The position numbers and the translations under genes are program-made. 39,869 nt of DNA from Candidatus Nomurabacteria bacterium RIFCSPHIGHO2_01_FULL_36_23 (GTDB lineage Bacteria; Patescibacteriota; Minisyncoccia; Phycocordibacterales; UBA9973), in contig MFTF01000008.1 of the NCBI GenBank assembly GCA_001786745.1, positions 1-39,869 of the forward strand, written 5' to 3'. This document shows positions 31,748 through 39,869 of the stretch, in pieces. Position 1 is the first letter of the stretch; every line of letters begins with the position of its first letter. The notes under the pieces are model-generated. The model searched no databases. It had not been told where the DNA came from and saw only the letters and a program-made list of their open reading frames with translations.

Positions 31748-32629
31748 ATGAATTGCATGAGAGCTTATTTGGACATAGTAAAAAATGTTTTGGAAAATGG
31801 CGAGAAGGTCAGTACTCGCCAGGGTCTTACCGCATACACGATAGCCGGAGCTATATTTGAACACGATATGTCAAAAGGCTTTCCGTTACTCACAACTAAA
31901 AAAATGCCTTTCCGCTTAATTTCAACCGAGTTGGAATTTTTTATAAATGGCATTACCGACAAGCAGTGGCTTCTAGATCGCAATAATCATATCTGGGATG
32001 AATGGGCAAGCCCCAAAAAAGCTCCTTATGGACACGATGAAGCTTCAAAAAAAAGAATGCTCGAAGAAAGAGAGTTGGGTCCAATTTATGGATTTCAGTG
32101 GCGACATTTTAATGCAAAATATGAAAATTATGATACTGATTATACAAATAAAGGAATAGACCAGTTGAAAAAATTAGTAGAAACACTGAAGACAAACCCG
32201 CGCGACAGAAGAATGATTGTGAGTGCGTGGAATCCACCCCAGTTAGAAGAAATGGGACTTCCTCCTTGTCACTATTCTTTTCAAGTTACTACTATAAATG
32301 AAAAACTCAACCTAATGTGGAATCAACGTTCAGTAGATACAATGCTTGGTTTACCTTTTAATATAGCAAGTTATGCTCTGCTTCTTCATTTACTTGCCAA
32401 AGAAGTTGGAATGAGGGAAGGAAAATTGGCTGGCTTTTTGGGAGATGTGCATCTTTTTGAAAATCACCTAGAGGGCGCAAGGGAACAACTCTCTAGAGAT
32501 CCAAGTAAATACCCATTACCTAAAATTGAAACAAAAAAGTGGACATCGGTTTTTGATTGGAAAGCTGAAGACACAACACTTTTAGATTATGAAAGTTATC
32601 CTAGAATTCCTTTTGAAATAGCTATATAA
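31748..32629 (+). CDS. thyA: thymidylate synthase (ThyA type)
   Basis: MRAYLDIVKNVLENGE...PPCHYSFQ...RSVDTMLGLPFNIASYALL. The start is ATG 31748 or 31757; the track start at 31700 is TTG. Confidence 0.95.
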   Translation: MNCMRAYLDIVKNVLENGEKVSTRQGLTAYTIAGAIFEHDMSKGFPLLTTKKMPFRLISTELEFFINGITDKQWLLDRNNHIWDEWASPKKAPYGHDEASKKRMLEERELGPIYGFQWRHFNAKYENYDTDYTNKGIDQLKKLVETLKTNPRDRRMIVSAWNPPQLEEMGLPPCHYSFQVTTINEKLNLMWNQRSVDTMLGLPFNIASYALLLHLLAKEVGMREGKLAGFLGDVHLFENHLEGAREQLSRDPSKYPLPKIETKKWTSVFDWKAEDTTLLDYESYPRIPFEIAI

Positions 32630-32713
32630 ATACTTGTCCCGTAACGACTTCGTCTAATTTTTAAGTAAAACAAATGACCACTATTATTAATAATTTAAAA
32701 TTTTAGTACTGGG

Positions 32714-33202
32714 ATGATTTCACTTATCGCAGCAATTGGAAAAAATAACGAATTAGGTAAAAATAATACCCTGCTCTGGCATCTGTCTGCCGACATGAAA
32801 CATTTTAGAGAAACTACTTTATTACATGCAGTGATAATGGGCAAAAAAACTTTTGAAAGTATAGGCAAACCATTGCCCAATAGAAGAAATATAGTAATTA
32901 CTCGAGATGTGAAATATAAAAAAGAAGGAGTTGAAATTGCGCATTCTTTAAGTGGAGCGCTAGATTTATTCCCCGATCAAAAAGAGGAAATTTTTATAAT
33001 CGGCGGGGCAGAAATTTATAAACAATTTATGCCTATTGCCGACAAACTTTATATAACCCACATGGACGCTCAAGATAAAGAGGCTGACAGTTTTTTTCCG
33101 GAAATTATTCCAGTAGTTTGGAATGAAATATCTCACGAAGAATATCCAGCGGATGAAAAAAATATTTTCCCATACACTTTTTCCATTTACGAAAAAATCT
33201 AA
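32714..33202 (+). CDS. folA: dihydrofolate reductase
   Basis: MISLIAAIGKNNELGKNNTLLWHLSADMKHFRETT...IIGGAEIY. Confidence 0.9.
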   Translation: MISLIAAIGKNNELGKNNTLLWHLSADMKHFRETTLLHAVIMGKKTFESIGKPLPNRRNIVITRDVKYKKEGVEIAHSLSGALDLFPDQKEEIFIIGGAEIYKQFMPIADKLYITHMDAQDKEADSFFPEIIPVVWNEISHEEYPADEKNIFPYTFSIYEKI

Positions 33203-33531
33203 GGGTCTTCGAGTGTCTTGATACGAATAAAAACATCCTTACCGTCCGGAGATTTTTCTTTTCTATATTTGCGTTTTTTATTTATTTCAATTTTTCTAAT
33301 TAATTCCTTTTCCAAATCAAAACCAAATTTTTCAGATATTCCAAGAATAAAAATTATAACATCGGCAAATTCTTCAGCCACGCCACTTTGTCCTCGATTA
33401 AATTTAGAAAATGCTTCAGAGAGTTCCTCGTGTGCTCGACAAAAATCCAATGCAACGTCGGTAGTCGTAAAACCTTTTTCCAGCTTATTTCTCATCACTT
33501 CTTTTTGTAATTTTTTTAAATCTACTGACAT
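33199..33531 (-). CDS. MazG-like nucleoside triphosphate pyrophosphohydrolase (all-alpha NTP-PPase)
   Basis: HEELSEAF...VAEEFADVIIFIL (EExxD-type motifs). ATG 33531 is preferred over 33555. Confidence 0.65.
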   Translation of the reverse strand: MSVDLKKLQKEVMRNKLEKGFTTTDVALDFCRAHEELSEAFSKFNRGQSGVAEEFADVIIFILGISEKFGFDLEKELIRKIEINKKRKYRKEKSPDGKDVFIRIKTLEDP

Positions 33532-33532
33532 A

Positions 33533-34039
33533 TTATTGATCTTGATAGGACTCAATTTTTTTATTTATAATTTCTAATTTTATTCCAGCTTTTTTAAAAA
33601 TAATTTTTGATTGTTTGGTTTTGTGATAATCCTTAAAAGCAATAACTCGTTTAATTCCGGCATTTATTATCGTCTTTGCGCAAGTATAACAAGGAAGCAT
33701 TTTACAATATAGGGTTGACCCATCAATAGCAACACCAAAACGCGCGGCATTCGCAATAACATTTAGCTCCGCATGAGCTGTTCGTAGACAATGTCTGGAT
33801 ATCGTACCATCTTCTTCCGTAAGGGTATGCATTTCATGTCCAACATCATCACAATGGACAATACCAACGGGGGAACCGACATATCCAGTAGCAAGAATTC
33901 TCTTATCTTTAACTAAAATCGCACCAGAACGTCCGCGATCGCAGGTACCGCGTGAGCCAACTATATCAACTATTTTAAGAAAATATTCGTCCCAAGATAG
34001 TCTTTTATGTTTGGTAACTTTTTTAATTACCTTTTCCAC
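33533..34039 (-). CDS. dCMP deaminase
   Basis: HAELNVIANAA...PCYTCAKTIINAGIKRV zinc motifs. Confidence 0.9.
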   Translation of the reverse strand: MEKVIKKVTKHKRLSWDEYFLKIVDIVGSRGTCDRGRSGAILVKDKRILATGYVGSPVGIVHCDDVGHEMHTLTEEDGTISRHCLRTAHAELNVIANAARFGVAIDGSTLYCKMLPCYTCAKTIINAGIKRVIAFKDYHKTKQSKIIFKKAGIKLEIINKKIESYQDQ

Positions 34040-34740
34040 TTCTTTAATATACTCCCAAAAAGAGGCAGATACAAGTCCTCTTTTGGATTAATTTTTAATT
34101 CTTTTTTGTTCGATTTTTCTATAAATTCAACTGGCGCATTTGCAATTAGAGCCAATGGCTGCTGTTCCTTTCCTTCCCCCATGCATAACACCGTAGTAGT
34201 GGCCAAGCTGTCGGCAATATCAGTACGAGTCATTTTCAGCACTCTGCCGAAAATATCTTTTTTGCCGACATAATTACGCAATCCCTTAAATCCAGCATAA
34301 CCAAGCGCCACGCCGACAACTCCCGCGCGTAATGGAAAAATTCGACTGTCAGTAATAAGCACACCAAGGTTTTTAATCTTAAATATTTTTTTTAGATTTC
34401 TTCTGATTAACTCTGCTGAATGAAAACTATTTTGGGGTAAAAGTATCAGTTTACCATATGCATTTGACTCATCAATACCCGCGGAAGCCATGACCATACC
34501 ATCTTTAATAGTCAGCCAAACAAGTTTGGTTTTTATTGCAAAATCACTTTCTTTTTTTATCAGGGCAATTTTCTGTTTCTTGTTTTGAAACGGGACTGTC
34601 CTCCCTTCTGATAAAGAAATAATTTTGGAAGTTACAACCAAAATAGAGTTCTCGGAAAGTTTTTTAATATATTTAAGAATGAATGAAGTCAAGTCTTCAT
34701 TTTCCCGAAAAATTCTAGTTTTGATTGCTTTAATTTCCAT
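34027..34740 (-). CDS. CofE-like (F420-0:gamma-glutamyl ligase family) protein
   Basis: VVTSKIISLSEGR...ASAGIDESN...VLITDSRIFPLRAGVVGVALGYAG...DIADSLATTTVLCMGEG. Confidence 0.75.
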   Translation of the reverse strand: MEIKAIKTRIFRENEDLTSFILKYIKKLSENSILVVTSKIISLSEGRTVPFQNKKQKIALIKKESDFAIKTKLVWLTIKDGMVMASAGIDESNAYGKLILLPQNSFHSAELIRRNLKKIFKIKNLGVLITDSRIFPLRAGVVGVALGYAGFKGLRNYVGKKDIFGRVLKMTRTDIADSLATTTVLCMGEGKEQQPLALIANAPVEFIEKSNKKELKINPKEDLYLPLFGSILKKWKR

Positions 34741-35272
34741 ATTTGTAGTGTAATAGAATTGTGCCTTTTTTATTAAGTTTTTTTATGGATTGTAAAGAAA
34801 ATTTATATTTTTTAAATGTGTTGCTGGAAAACATTGGTATTCCATTGGTAAAAATATAAGGTTCAATCGTCACAAAAAGTTCGTCAAGCATTTTATTGGC
34901 AAGACAAAAATTATACACTTTCGGTCCGCCTAATATAGCCACCTTTTTATATCCTTTACTACTAAGAAACTTTTTTAAATTGGATTTTTCGGGATTGAAA
35001 AAAATTACTTTGTCTTTTATTTTTGCTCTGTTAATTTTAGAGGTTAATACTATCGTATTTCTTCTTCTGAGACGATCTGCGGTAATTTTGTAAGTATTGC
35101 GACCGACAATAACAGCATCCATTTTTACCAAAGACTTTTGGAAAAAATTCCAGTCTTCTTTGCTCGTCCAACCCACATTAGATTGACTGCTTTTTGATAT
35201 GCGTCCGTCAATACTGCTCGCGATATAAGCGATGTAGGTCACCTTATGCGGTAACTTACCTTTTTGTTTCAT
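34730..35272 (-). CDS. RibD C-terminal domain / DHFR-like reductase
   Basis: YIASSIDGRI...DAVIVGRNTY...ILGGPKVYNFCL...DELFVTIEPYIF. Confidence 0.7.
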   Translation of the reverse strand: MKQKGKLPHKVTYIAYIASSIDGRISKSSQSNVGWTSKEDWNFFQKSLVKMDAVIVGRNTYKITADRLRRRNTIVLTSKINRAKIKDKVIFFNPEKSNLKKFLSSKGYKKVAILGGPKVYNFCLANKMLDELFVTIEPYIFTNGIPMFSSNTFKKYKFSLQSIKKLNKKGTILLHYKYGN

Positions 35273-35963
35273 GGCGAAATACGCCTAAGAGATATTTCTG
35301 ATCAATAAAAAAACCAAGATTTAAGATATGCTTTTTTTCTAAGAAAGCTAAAATATTGTTAACCAAAATAAAAGAAATGGCAATGCCAAGGGCAAAAAAT
35401 ATACGTTCTAGCGCTACAATTGGCATCAGCGAAATCCAAATTGGCGCTGGCAAGGCAAAAACCCAAATCCATAAAGCGCCGCCGACCGCATGAGCGGTAA
35501 AAGTGGCGCCAAGCGCTCGCGCTAAAAGAAACTTGTCATAGAAAAAATAAGCAATAATTGGAATAGTCCAGAAAAGTGAAAAGTACCAAACTTCTCTGCC
35601 AATAGGATGAGCGATGAAAACTATAATTGCGATTAATGGAATAATAATATTAAATTTTCCTTTCCGAGCGAAATACAATACAGCAAAAAGCATTGGTAGA
35701 AAACGAATAATTGTCCCAGCATCTTCTATTACAGCTCCGTGCGCTAAGAAATTAAAAAATTGCATAAAAAACACAGCAATTACTCCAGGGATACTGCCGA
35801 TGAAAATTCCAGCCATGGGCGCGAAGGCATCATATATCATAAACTTCGTTTTTGATCCTTCTAATTGGGTCACTGGAATCTGCAACGTGATAAATCCCAA
35901 AACTATAAAAACAGCAATAAAAAGAACATTTTTCTTTGTAAAATATTGTTTAATGTTTGACAT
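35256..35963 (-). CDS. multi-pass membrane protein, possibly an ECF-type substrate-capture (S) component
   Basis: 235 aa with about 6 hydrophobic helices. The functional guess rests only on topology and the neighbouring cofactor genes. Confidence 0.4.
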   Translation of the reverse strand: MSNIKQYFTKKNVLFIAVFIVLGFITLQIPVTQLEGSKTKFMIYDAFAPMAGIFIGSIPGVIAVFFMQFFNFLAHGAVIEDAGTIIRFLPMLFAVLYFARKGKFNIIIPLIAIIVFIAHPIGREVWYFSLFWTIPIIAYFFYDKFLLARALGATFTAHAVGGALWIWVFALPAPIWISLMPIVALERIFFALGIAISFILVNNILAFLEKKHILNLGFFIDQKYLLGVFRHETKR

Positions 35964-35988
35964 ATCAATATTTTAGCACAACTACCCG

Positions 35989-36411
35989 CTAATCCACAAC
36001 TTCAATACCCATAGAGCGGGCAGAACCGGCAATGATATTAATCGCCCCTTCGTCATCTTTGGCATTTAAGTCTGGCATTTTCTTTTTTGCGATCTCCAAC
36101 GCTTGCGCCCTAGTTATCTTCCCAGCTTTAGTAATAATATTTTTGCCAGAGCCCTTTTCTACTCCAGCCGCCTTTAAAATCAATCCGGATACCGGGGGGG
36201 TTTTAATTATGAAATCATAACTTCGGTCTTCATAGACAGTGATTGAAACACCGACTTTATCCCCCGCCATTTTTTGCGTTGCGGCATTAAATTTAGTAAC
36301 AAAATCCCCAATATTGATTCCTGCTTGTCCTAATGCCGGCCCTAAAGGTGGCGCGGGGGTCGCTTTGGCAGCTTGTATTTGAAGTTTTATTTTTTTGGTA
36401 ATTTTTTTCAT
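35989..36411 (-). CDS. rplK: 50S ribosomal protein L11
   Basis: [34 protein letters not shown]. Confidence 0.97.
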   Translation of the reverse strand: MKKITKKIKLQIQAAKATPAPPLGPALGQAGINIGDFVTKFNAATQKMAGDKVGVSITVYEDRSYDFIIKTPPVSGLILKAAGVEKGSGKNIITKAGKITRAQALEIAKKKMPDLNAKDDEGAINIIAGSARSMGIEVVD

Positions 36412-36414
36412 ATA

Positions 36415-36957
36415 TTAAATTTTGCGGACTTGCAAGAAATCCAATTCTACTGGGGTTTCTCGACCAAATATTGAAACCAGCACTTTTATTTTTCCACGTT
36501 CTTGGTCCACAGAATTGATTTTTCCTTCCAAATCTTTAAATGGGCCGTCCGTAATCAAAACACTTTCGCCCACAACCATATCAATATTGTGTTTAATTGT
36601 GCCGGCATCTATTTTCTTAAAAAGATATTCCACTTCTTCGTTTTTAAGAGGAACAGGATTCACTCCCGCTCCGACGAAACCAGTAACTCGCGGAGTATTG
36701 CGCACAACATACCAAGAATCATCTGTTACAATCATATCTACCAATACATAACCGGGGTAAATTTTTTCTTCTATTTCCACCCGCTTACCCGCTTTTATTT
36801 TTATCTTTTTTTCAACCGGAACAATGACATTAAAAATTTTATCGTGCATTCCGAGAGAATCAATTCGCTGTTTCAAATTGCGGAGAACAACATTTTCATA
36901 CCCGGCATAAGTATGTATGGCATACCAGTTTCTTACTCCCTGTGTTTCCTGTTTCAT
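36415..36957 (-). CDS. nusG: transcription termination/antitermination factor NusG
   Basis: [14 protein letters not shown]...PGYVLVDM...[35 protein letters not shown]. Confidence 0.95.
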   Translation of the reverse strand: MKQETQGVRNWYAIHTYAGYENVVLRNLKQRIDSLGMHDKIFNVIVPVEKKIKIKAGKRVEIEEKIYPGYVLVDMIVTDDSWYVVRNTPRVTGFVGAGVNPVPLKNEEVEYLFKKIDAGTIKHNIDMVVGESVLITDGPFKDLEGKINSVDQERGKIKVLVSIFGRETPVELDFLQVRKI

Positions 36958-36966
36958 GGTATAGAC

Positions 36967-37149
36967 TTATTGTAATAACTTCCCCAAACCTTTTGAGAAA
37001 ATAAAATCAAAAATGCCTAAATAATATGCAACCAGAACAGACAATATGATAACTATTAGAGTATAGTAAAAAATTTGACTTTGGGAGGGCCATATCACAT
37101 GTTTTAATTCTGTCTTTGTTTCTTTGAAATATTCAGTAATTTTTGACAT
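36967..37149 (-). CDS. secE: preprotein translocase subunit SecE
   Basis: 60 aa, ETKTELKHVIWPSQSQ plus one TM helix, immediately upstream of nusG. Confidence 0.85.
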   Translation of the reverse strand: MSKITEYFKETKTELKHVIWPSQSQIFYYTLIVIILSVLVAYYLGIFDFIFSKGLGKLLQ

Positions 37150-37193
37150 GATTGATTTTTAAGGAATAAAATGATTATAAAAATCATCACCCT
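37150..37193 (-). promoter_or_regulatory. motif C copy 2: conserved 44-nt block with a 6-bp hairpin immediately upstream of secE
   Basis: Minus strand reads AGGGTG ATGATT-TTTAT-AATCAT TTTATTCCTTAAAAATCAATC ATG, at the same offset from the ATG as the rplP copy. Confidence 0.6.
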
Positions 37194-37216
37194 GTCAAAT
37201 AAAATCTTTTAGATTT

Positions 37217-37239
37217 TAGCTTCTGCAAAGCAGAAGCTA
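37217..37239. repeat. perfect 10-bp palindrome with 3-nt loop
   Basis: TAGCTTCTGC-aaa-GCAGAAGCTA. Confidence 0.8.
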
Positions 37240-37290
37240 TTTAACTAGGGTAAAGAAAAATATAATCGCTACGCTCTTTATTTTTCTAAA

Positions 37291-37346
37291 CAAAAGCCCC
37301 CTTTCAAGGGCTCTTTCAGTATTACTCTTTTTTCTAAAATAGTCAA
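37291..37346 (-). repeat. element B copy 2: TTGACTATTT box plus GCCC/GGGC terminator-like hairpin, between the SIMPL gene and secE
   Basis: Minus strand reads TTGACT attttagaaaaaagag TAATAC TGAAAGAGCCCTTGAAAGGGGGCTTTTG. Confidence 0.6.
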
Positions 37347-37353
37347 ATTTTTA

Positions 37354-38157
37354 TCATATCTCGTAAGTTATCGTTACATCTGAAGTTATTATATTTTCTC
37401 CCTTAGGAATTTCAGCTGGAGTAGAAGTTCCGCTTGTCACAAAATCCATCATGGCAGTTTTAGCATACATAATCGGGTAATTGCCAGATTCGCTAAAACT
37501 GGCAATCCGACCCAATTTTACGCCTAAATCTTTTGCTAGAATTTCAGCTTTTTCTTTGGCATTGTTAATTGCTTTTTTCCTTGCTTCTGTTTTTAAGGCA
37601 TCTTCATCATCTATGGCAAAATTAGGACCGTTTAAATTAGTAACATTTAAACCTCCTAGTCCTTGCATAATTTTTCCAACATTATCAGCATTCCTGATTT
37701 TCACTGTAATGCTTTCAGAGGCCTCATAACCAGAAATCACATTTTTCCCGGGACGGGACGGACAACCGTACTGAGTACATGGCATTAATGTTTGACTACT
37801 ATACACATATTCATACTTTGGATTGAAAGAGGCGCTGGAGGTCTTTATGTCTTTTTCTGCCACATTATTATTTTTTAAGAAATCTAATGACGTTTTTTCA
37901 ACAAGAGCCACGGCATCTTGCGCTTCTTTTACCGTTTTCCCTTCTTTGTTAATAGTGAAATAAATATTGGCAATATCGGGCACAGCCGAGACTTCTCCGT
38001 GTCCAGAGAGAGTAATAGTATTAGCTTCATCACTACCCATCATTCCGTAAGATTTAAATTCCGCTAGTAATTTTACAACGAAAAATAGAGAAAGAATAAC
38101 AAAAAAAACAAGCGCTATTTTATATAAATTCTTTATGTATTGATTTGGCATTTCCAT
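37354..38157 (-). CDS. SIMPL/DUF541-family periplasmic protein
   Basis: N-terminal TM helix, then TITLSGHGEVSAVPDIANIYFTI...ARKKAINNAKEKAEILAKDLG. Confidence 0.8.
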   Translation of the reverse strand: MEMPNQYIKNLYKIALVFFVILSLFFVVKLLAEFKSYGMMGSDEANTITLSGHGEVSAVPDIANIYFTINKEGKTVKEAQDAVALVEKTSLDFLKNNNVAEKDIKTSSASFNPKYEYVYSSQTLMPCTQYGCPSRPGKNVISGYEASESITVKIRNADNVGKIMQGLGGLNVTNLNGPNFAIDDEDALKTEARKKAINNAKEKAEILAKDLGVKLGRIASFSESGNYPIMYAKTAMMDFVTSGTSTPAEIPKGENIITSDVTITYEI

Positions 38158-38183
38158 ACATTTATTATACTCCTATATTTACA

Positions 38184-39275
38184 TCAAATCAAATTTACTT
38201 CGGGAACAAGTTTTAACCCGAATTTAGAGAAAACTGAAGCAGTGATTTGCTCCGCCAAATCTTCAACTTCTTTCCCCGTAGCTCCGCCATAATTCACAAG
38301 CACCAGAGCCTGTTTTTCATGCACGCCGGCATTGCCTATTCTATATCCTTTCCAGCTTGTCCCGCTTGCCCCGCCATGGCGGGGTGAAGCGGGACCGCAT
38401 TGTTCAATCAGCCAGCCGGCGGGAATTTTTACCAAAACGGAAGCCTTGCTTCCGTTTTTTCTTTTGTTTCTTTTGTTTTCCTTTTCAAAATATGGCATAT
38501 CGGGATAAATTTTCAATAATTCTTCTAGCTTTTCTTTTTCTACAAAAACATTTTTAAAAAAACTTCCAGCATTGCTTATGATGGTTGGATCTGGTAATTT
38601 ACTTTTACGTATGTGCGTAACCGCATCACTTATGTCTTTAGGATTTTTAACTTTAATTTTATTTTTTTTCAAATGCTCTTGCAATATTTTATAACTGATA
38701 TTTTTTCTCTCTATTTTGCTTAATTTTAAAGTTATAGCGAAAATAAAATATTTTCCTTTTAATTTATTCTTAAAAATACTGTCCCTGTAGCCGAGTTCGC
38801 ATTCTTCATTTTTAAAAACTCTCTTGGCGCCAGTTTCGATTTGATACGTTTCAATATTTTCTAAAACGTCCCGAAGCTCCGTTCCGTACGCTCCAATATT
38901 CTGCATGGGCGCAGCCCCGACGGTACCCGGAATCAATGATAAATTTTCAATGCCCCAATATCCTTTATTTACGGCAAAAATTACCAAGTCATGCCAAATT
39001 TCACCACTCATTGAACGAATAATAACATCTTTAGAATTCTTATTTAAAATTTTTATTCCTTTTAATTTATTTAAAATAACCATACCGTCAAAATCTTTGG
39101 TAAATAAGACATTACTGCCCCCGCCAAGAAACATTCTTTCATTATTCTTGAATTCTGGTGAGACAAAAAGTTCAACTAAGTCCTTCTCATTGCGCACTTC
39201 AATAAAAAATCTGGCGTTTACTACAATGCCAAATGTGTTTAATTTAGATAAATCATAATTTTGATAAATCTTCAT
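38184..39275 (-). CDS. murB: UDP-N-acetylenolpyruvoylglucosamine reductase carrying two short in-frame insertions
   Basis: LSKLNTFGI...FLGGGSNVLF...AGSFFKN...PAGWLIEQCG[..]KGYRIGNAGVHEKQALVLVN. Confidence 0.9.
   Translation of the reverse strand: MKIYQNYDLSKLNTFGIVVNARFFIEVRNEKDLVELFVSPEFKNNERMFLGGGSNVLFTKDFDGMVILNKLKGIKILNKNSKDVIIRSMSGEIWHDLVIFAVNKGYWGIENLSLIPGTVGAAPMQNIGAYGTELRDVLENIETYQIETGAKRVFKNEECELGYRDSIFKNKLKGKYFIFAITLKLSKIERKNISYKILQEHLKKNKIKVKNPKDISDAVTHIRKSKLPDPTIISNAGSFFKNVFVEKEKLEELLKIYPDMPYFEKENKRNKRKNGSKASVLVKIPAGWLIEQCGPASPRHGGASGTSWKGYRIGNAGVHEKQALVLVNYGGATGKEVEDLAEQITASVFSKFGLKLVPEVNLI
38359..38395. repeat. GC-rich nested palindrome inserted in frame in murB
   Basis: GTCCCGCTT g CCCCGCCATGGCGGGG tg AAGCGGGAC. 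It encodes roughly PASPRHGGASGTS, placed between the conserved QC and KGYRIG. Confidence 0.85.
38434..38458. repeat. perfect 11-bp hairpin with 3-nt loop inside murB
   Basis: AAAACGGAAGC-ctt-GCTTCCGTTTT. It encodes KNGSKASVL within a 12-aa extra segment relative to E. coli MurB as I recall it. Confidence 0.8.
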
Positions 39276-39289
39276 AGATTGTTCCTTTG

Positions 39290-39823
39290 CTATAAAATTT
39301 CCTTTTCCAGTCTTTTTTCTATTTCTTCTTCACTGACTGGACGAATCATTTTCTTTAATTCCGGGTCTTGTGATAAATTTATTCCTTGCTTTTCAAGGAG
39401 AAGCGCCATCATCTTTATAATCTTAGTAACTTCCCTTTCGGAAATGAGGTTGAGTTGCAAATGAGTTTCTTCCCGCAAATCATCCACTTTGGCGGTGCGA
39501 TTTTGAGATATAAGCACAAAGATTGCAAGAATAATGGCTTCTAAAGAAACTATATTTGTTAGAAGGTTGAAAGGAAAGGGGTCGAAAACTGGTATGGCTT
39601 TTATCTGATTAGTATTAATGAGTATCCACGCAAGAAATAAAAACACATTGAATAATAAAAAGTTGTTGCTTCCAAAATTTGAAGTCATCCAGTCTGCTAT
39701 TCTTTCCATGGCTGTTCTTTTAGCATCGGCTTTTGCTTTTATACTGCGAAATATTTTTTTGCGCGACTCTTCGTTGTTTTCGCCAAATAATGAATTTAAA
39801 AATGAAAGGTGATTTTGTGACAT
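39290..39823 (-). CDS. DUF1003-family membrane protein
   Basis: FDPFPFNLLTNIVSLEAIILAIFVLISQNR pattern with two TM helices. Confidence 0.75.
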   Translation of the reverse strand: MSQNHLSFLNSLFGENNEESRKKIFRSIKAKADAKRTAMERIADWMTSNFGSNNFLLFNVFLFLAWILINTNQIKAIPVFDPFPFNLLTNIVSLEAIILAIFVLISQNRTAKVDDLREETHLQLNLISEREVTKIIKMMALLLEKQGINLSQDPELKKMIRPVSEEEIEKRLEKEIL

Positions 39824-39869
39824 ATTTATTCTCTAATTATACTCGCAGAACCATCTTTGTGCAATTTAA

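Noticed and set aside
37176-37201. TTGACA and TATAAT upstream of secE as a canonical promoter
   Set aside because: The spacer is only 14 nt, too short for a standard sigma70 promoter. The TATAAT is instead reported as part of the conserved motif C hairpin.
38434-38470. The hairpin plus T-rich run inside murB as a functional plus-strand terminator
   Set aside because: Nothing appears to be transcribed into it on the plus strand, and it lies in frame within an intact murB. It is better interpreted as an inserted palindrome.
39824-39869. A possible 3' end of another minus-strand gene at the right window edge
   Set aside because: Only about 10 codons are visible before an in-frame TAA, which is not enough to support a call.

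Overview
AT-rich window dominated by minus-strand translation operons. In transcription order these are secE-nusG-rplK, then rpsL-rpsG-fusA ... tuf-rpsJ-rplC ... rplD-rplW-rplB-rpsS-rplV-rpsC-rplP-rpmC-rpsQ-rplN-rplX-rplE ... rpsN-rpsH-rplF-rplR-rpsE-rplO-secY-adk-pyrH-map. Other content includes a thymidylate/folate cluster (thyA-folA, MazG-like, dCMP deaminase, CofE-like, RibD_C-like), pyrD-pyrE-pyrF, murB, a DEAD-box helicase and a VirD4/TraD-like ATPase. Several traits fit a reduced-genome CPR/Patescibacteria (Parcubacteria-like) bacterium, which is an inference: no rpmD between rpsE and rplO, no rplA after rplK, an archaeal-type UMP kinase, short or extended r-proteins and type IV pilin-like genes. 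I saw no rRNA, tRNA or CRISPR array. The unusual part is how heavily the conserved operons are colonised. (1) A palindromic element built on GGTGTTGGACACC/GGTGTCCAACACC fills seven intergenic spacers of the S10-spc operon. (2) Two hicB-hicA cassettes, a pilin pair and a Cas2-fold/acidic-protein pair sit between genes that are normally adjacent. Two of these insertions are bounded by short duplicated ends of the neighbouring essential gene (fusA 5' end, helicase 3' end), and the copies differ almost only at synonymous sites. (3) murB carries two in-frame GC-rich palindromic insertions. (4) A 338-bp structured spacer between rplB and rpsS holds a candidate 41-aa very basic sORF behind the only strong Shine-Dalgarno I saw. 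(5) At least nine genes have a -10 box 6-8 nt before the start codon (leaderless geometry). One of them places an in-frame ATA at the head of the helicase N-terminal extension. All promoter, terminator and sORF calls are read by eye from sequence only and need experimental or comparative confirmation.
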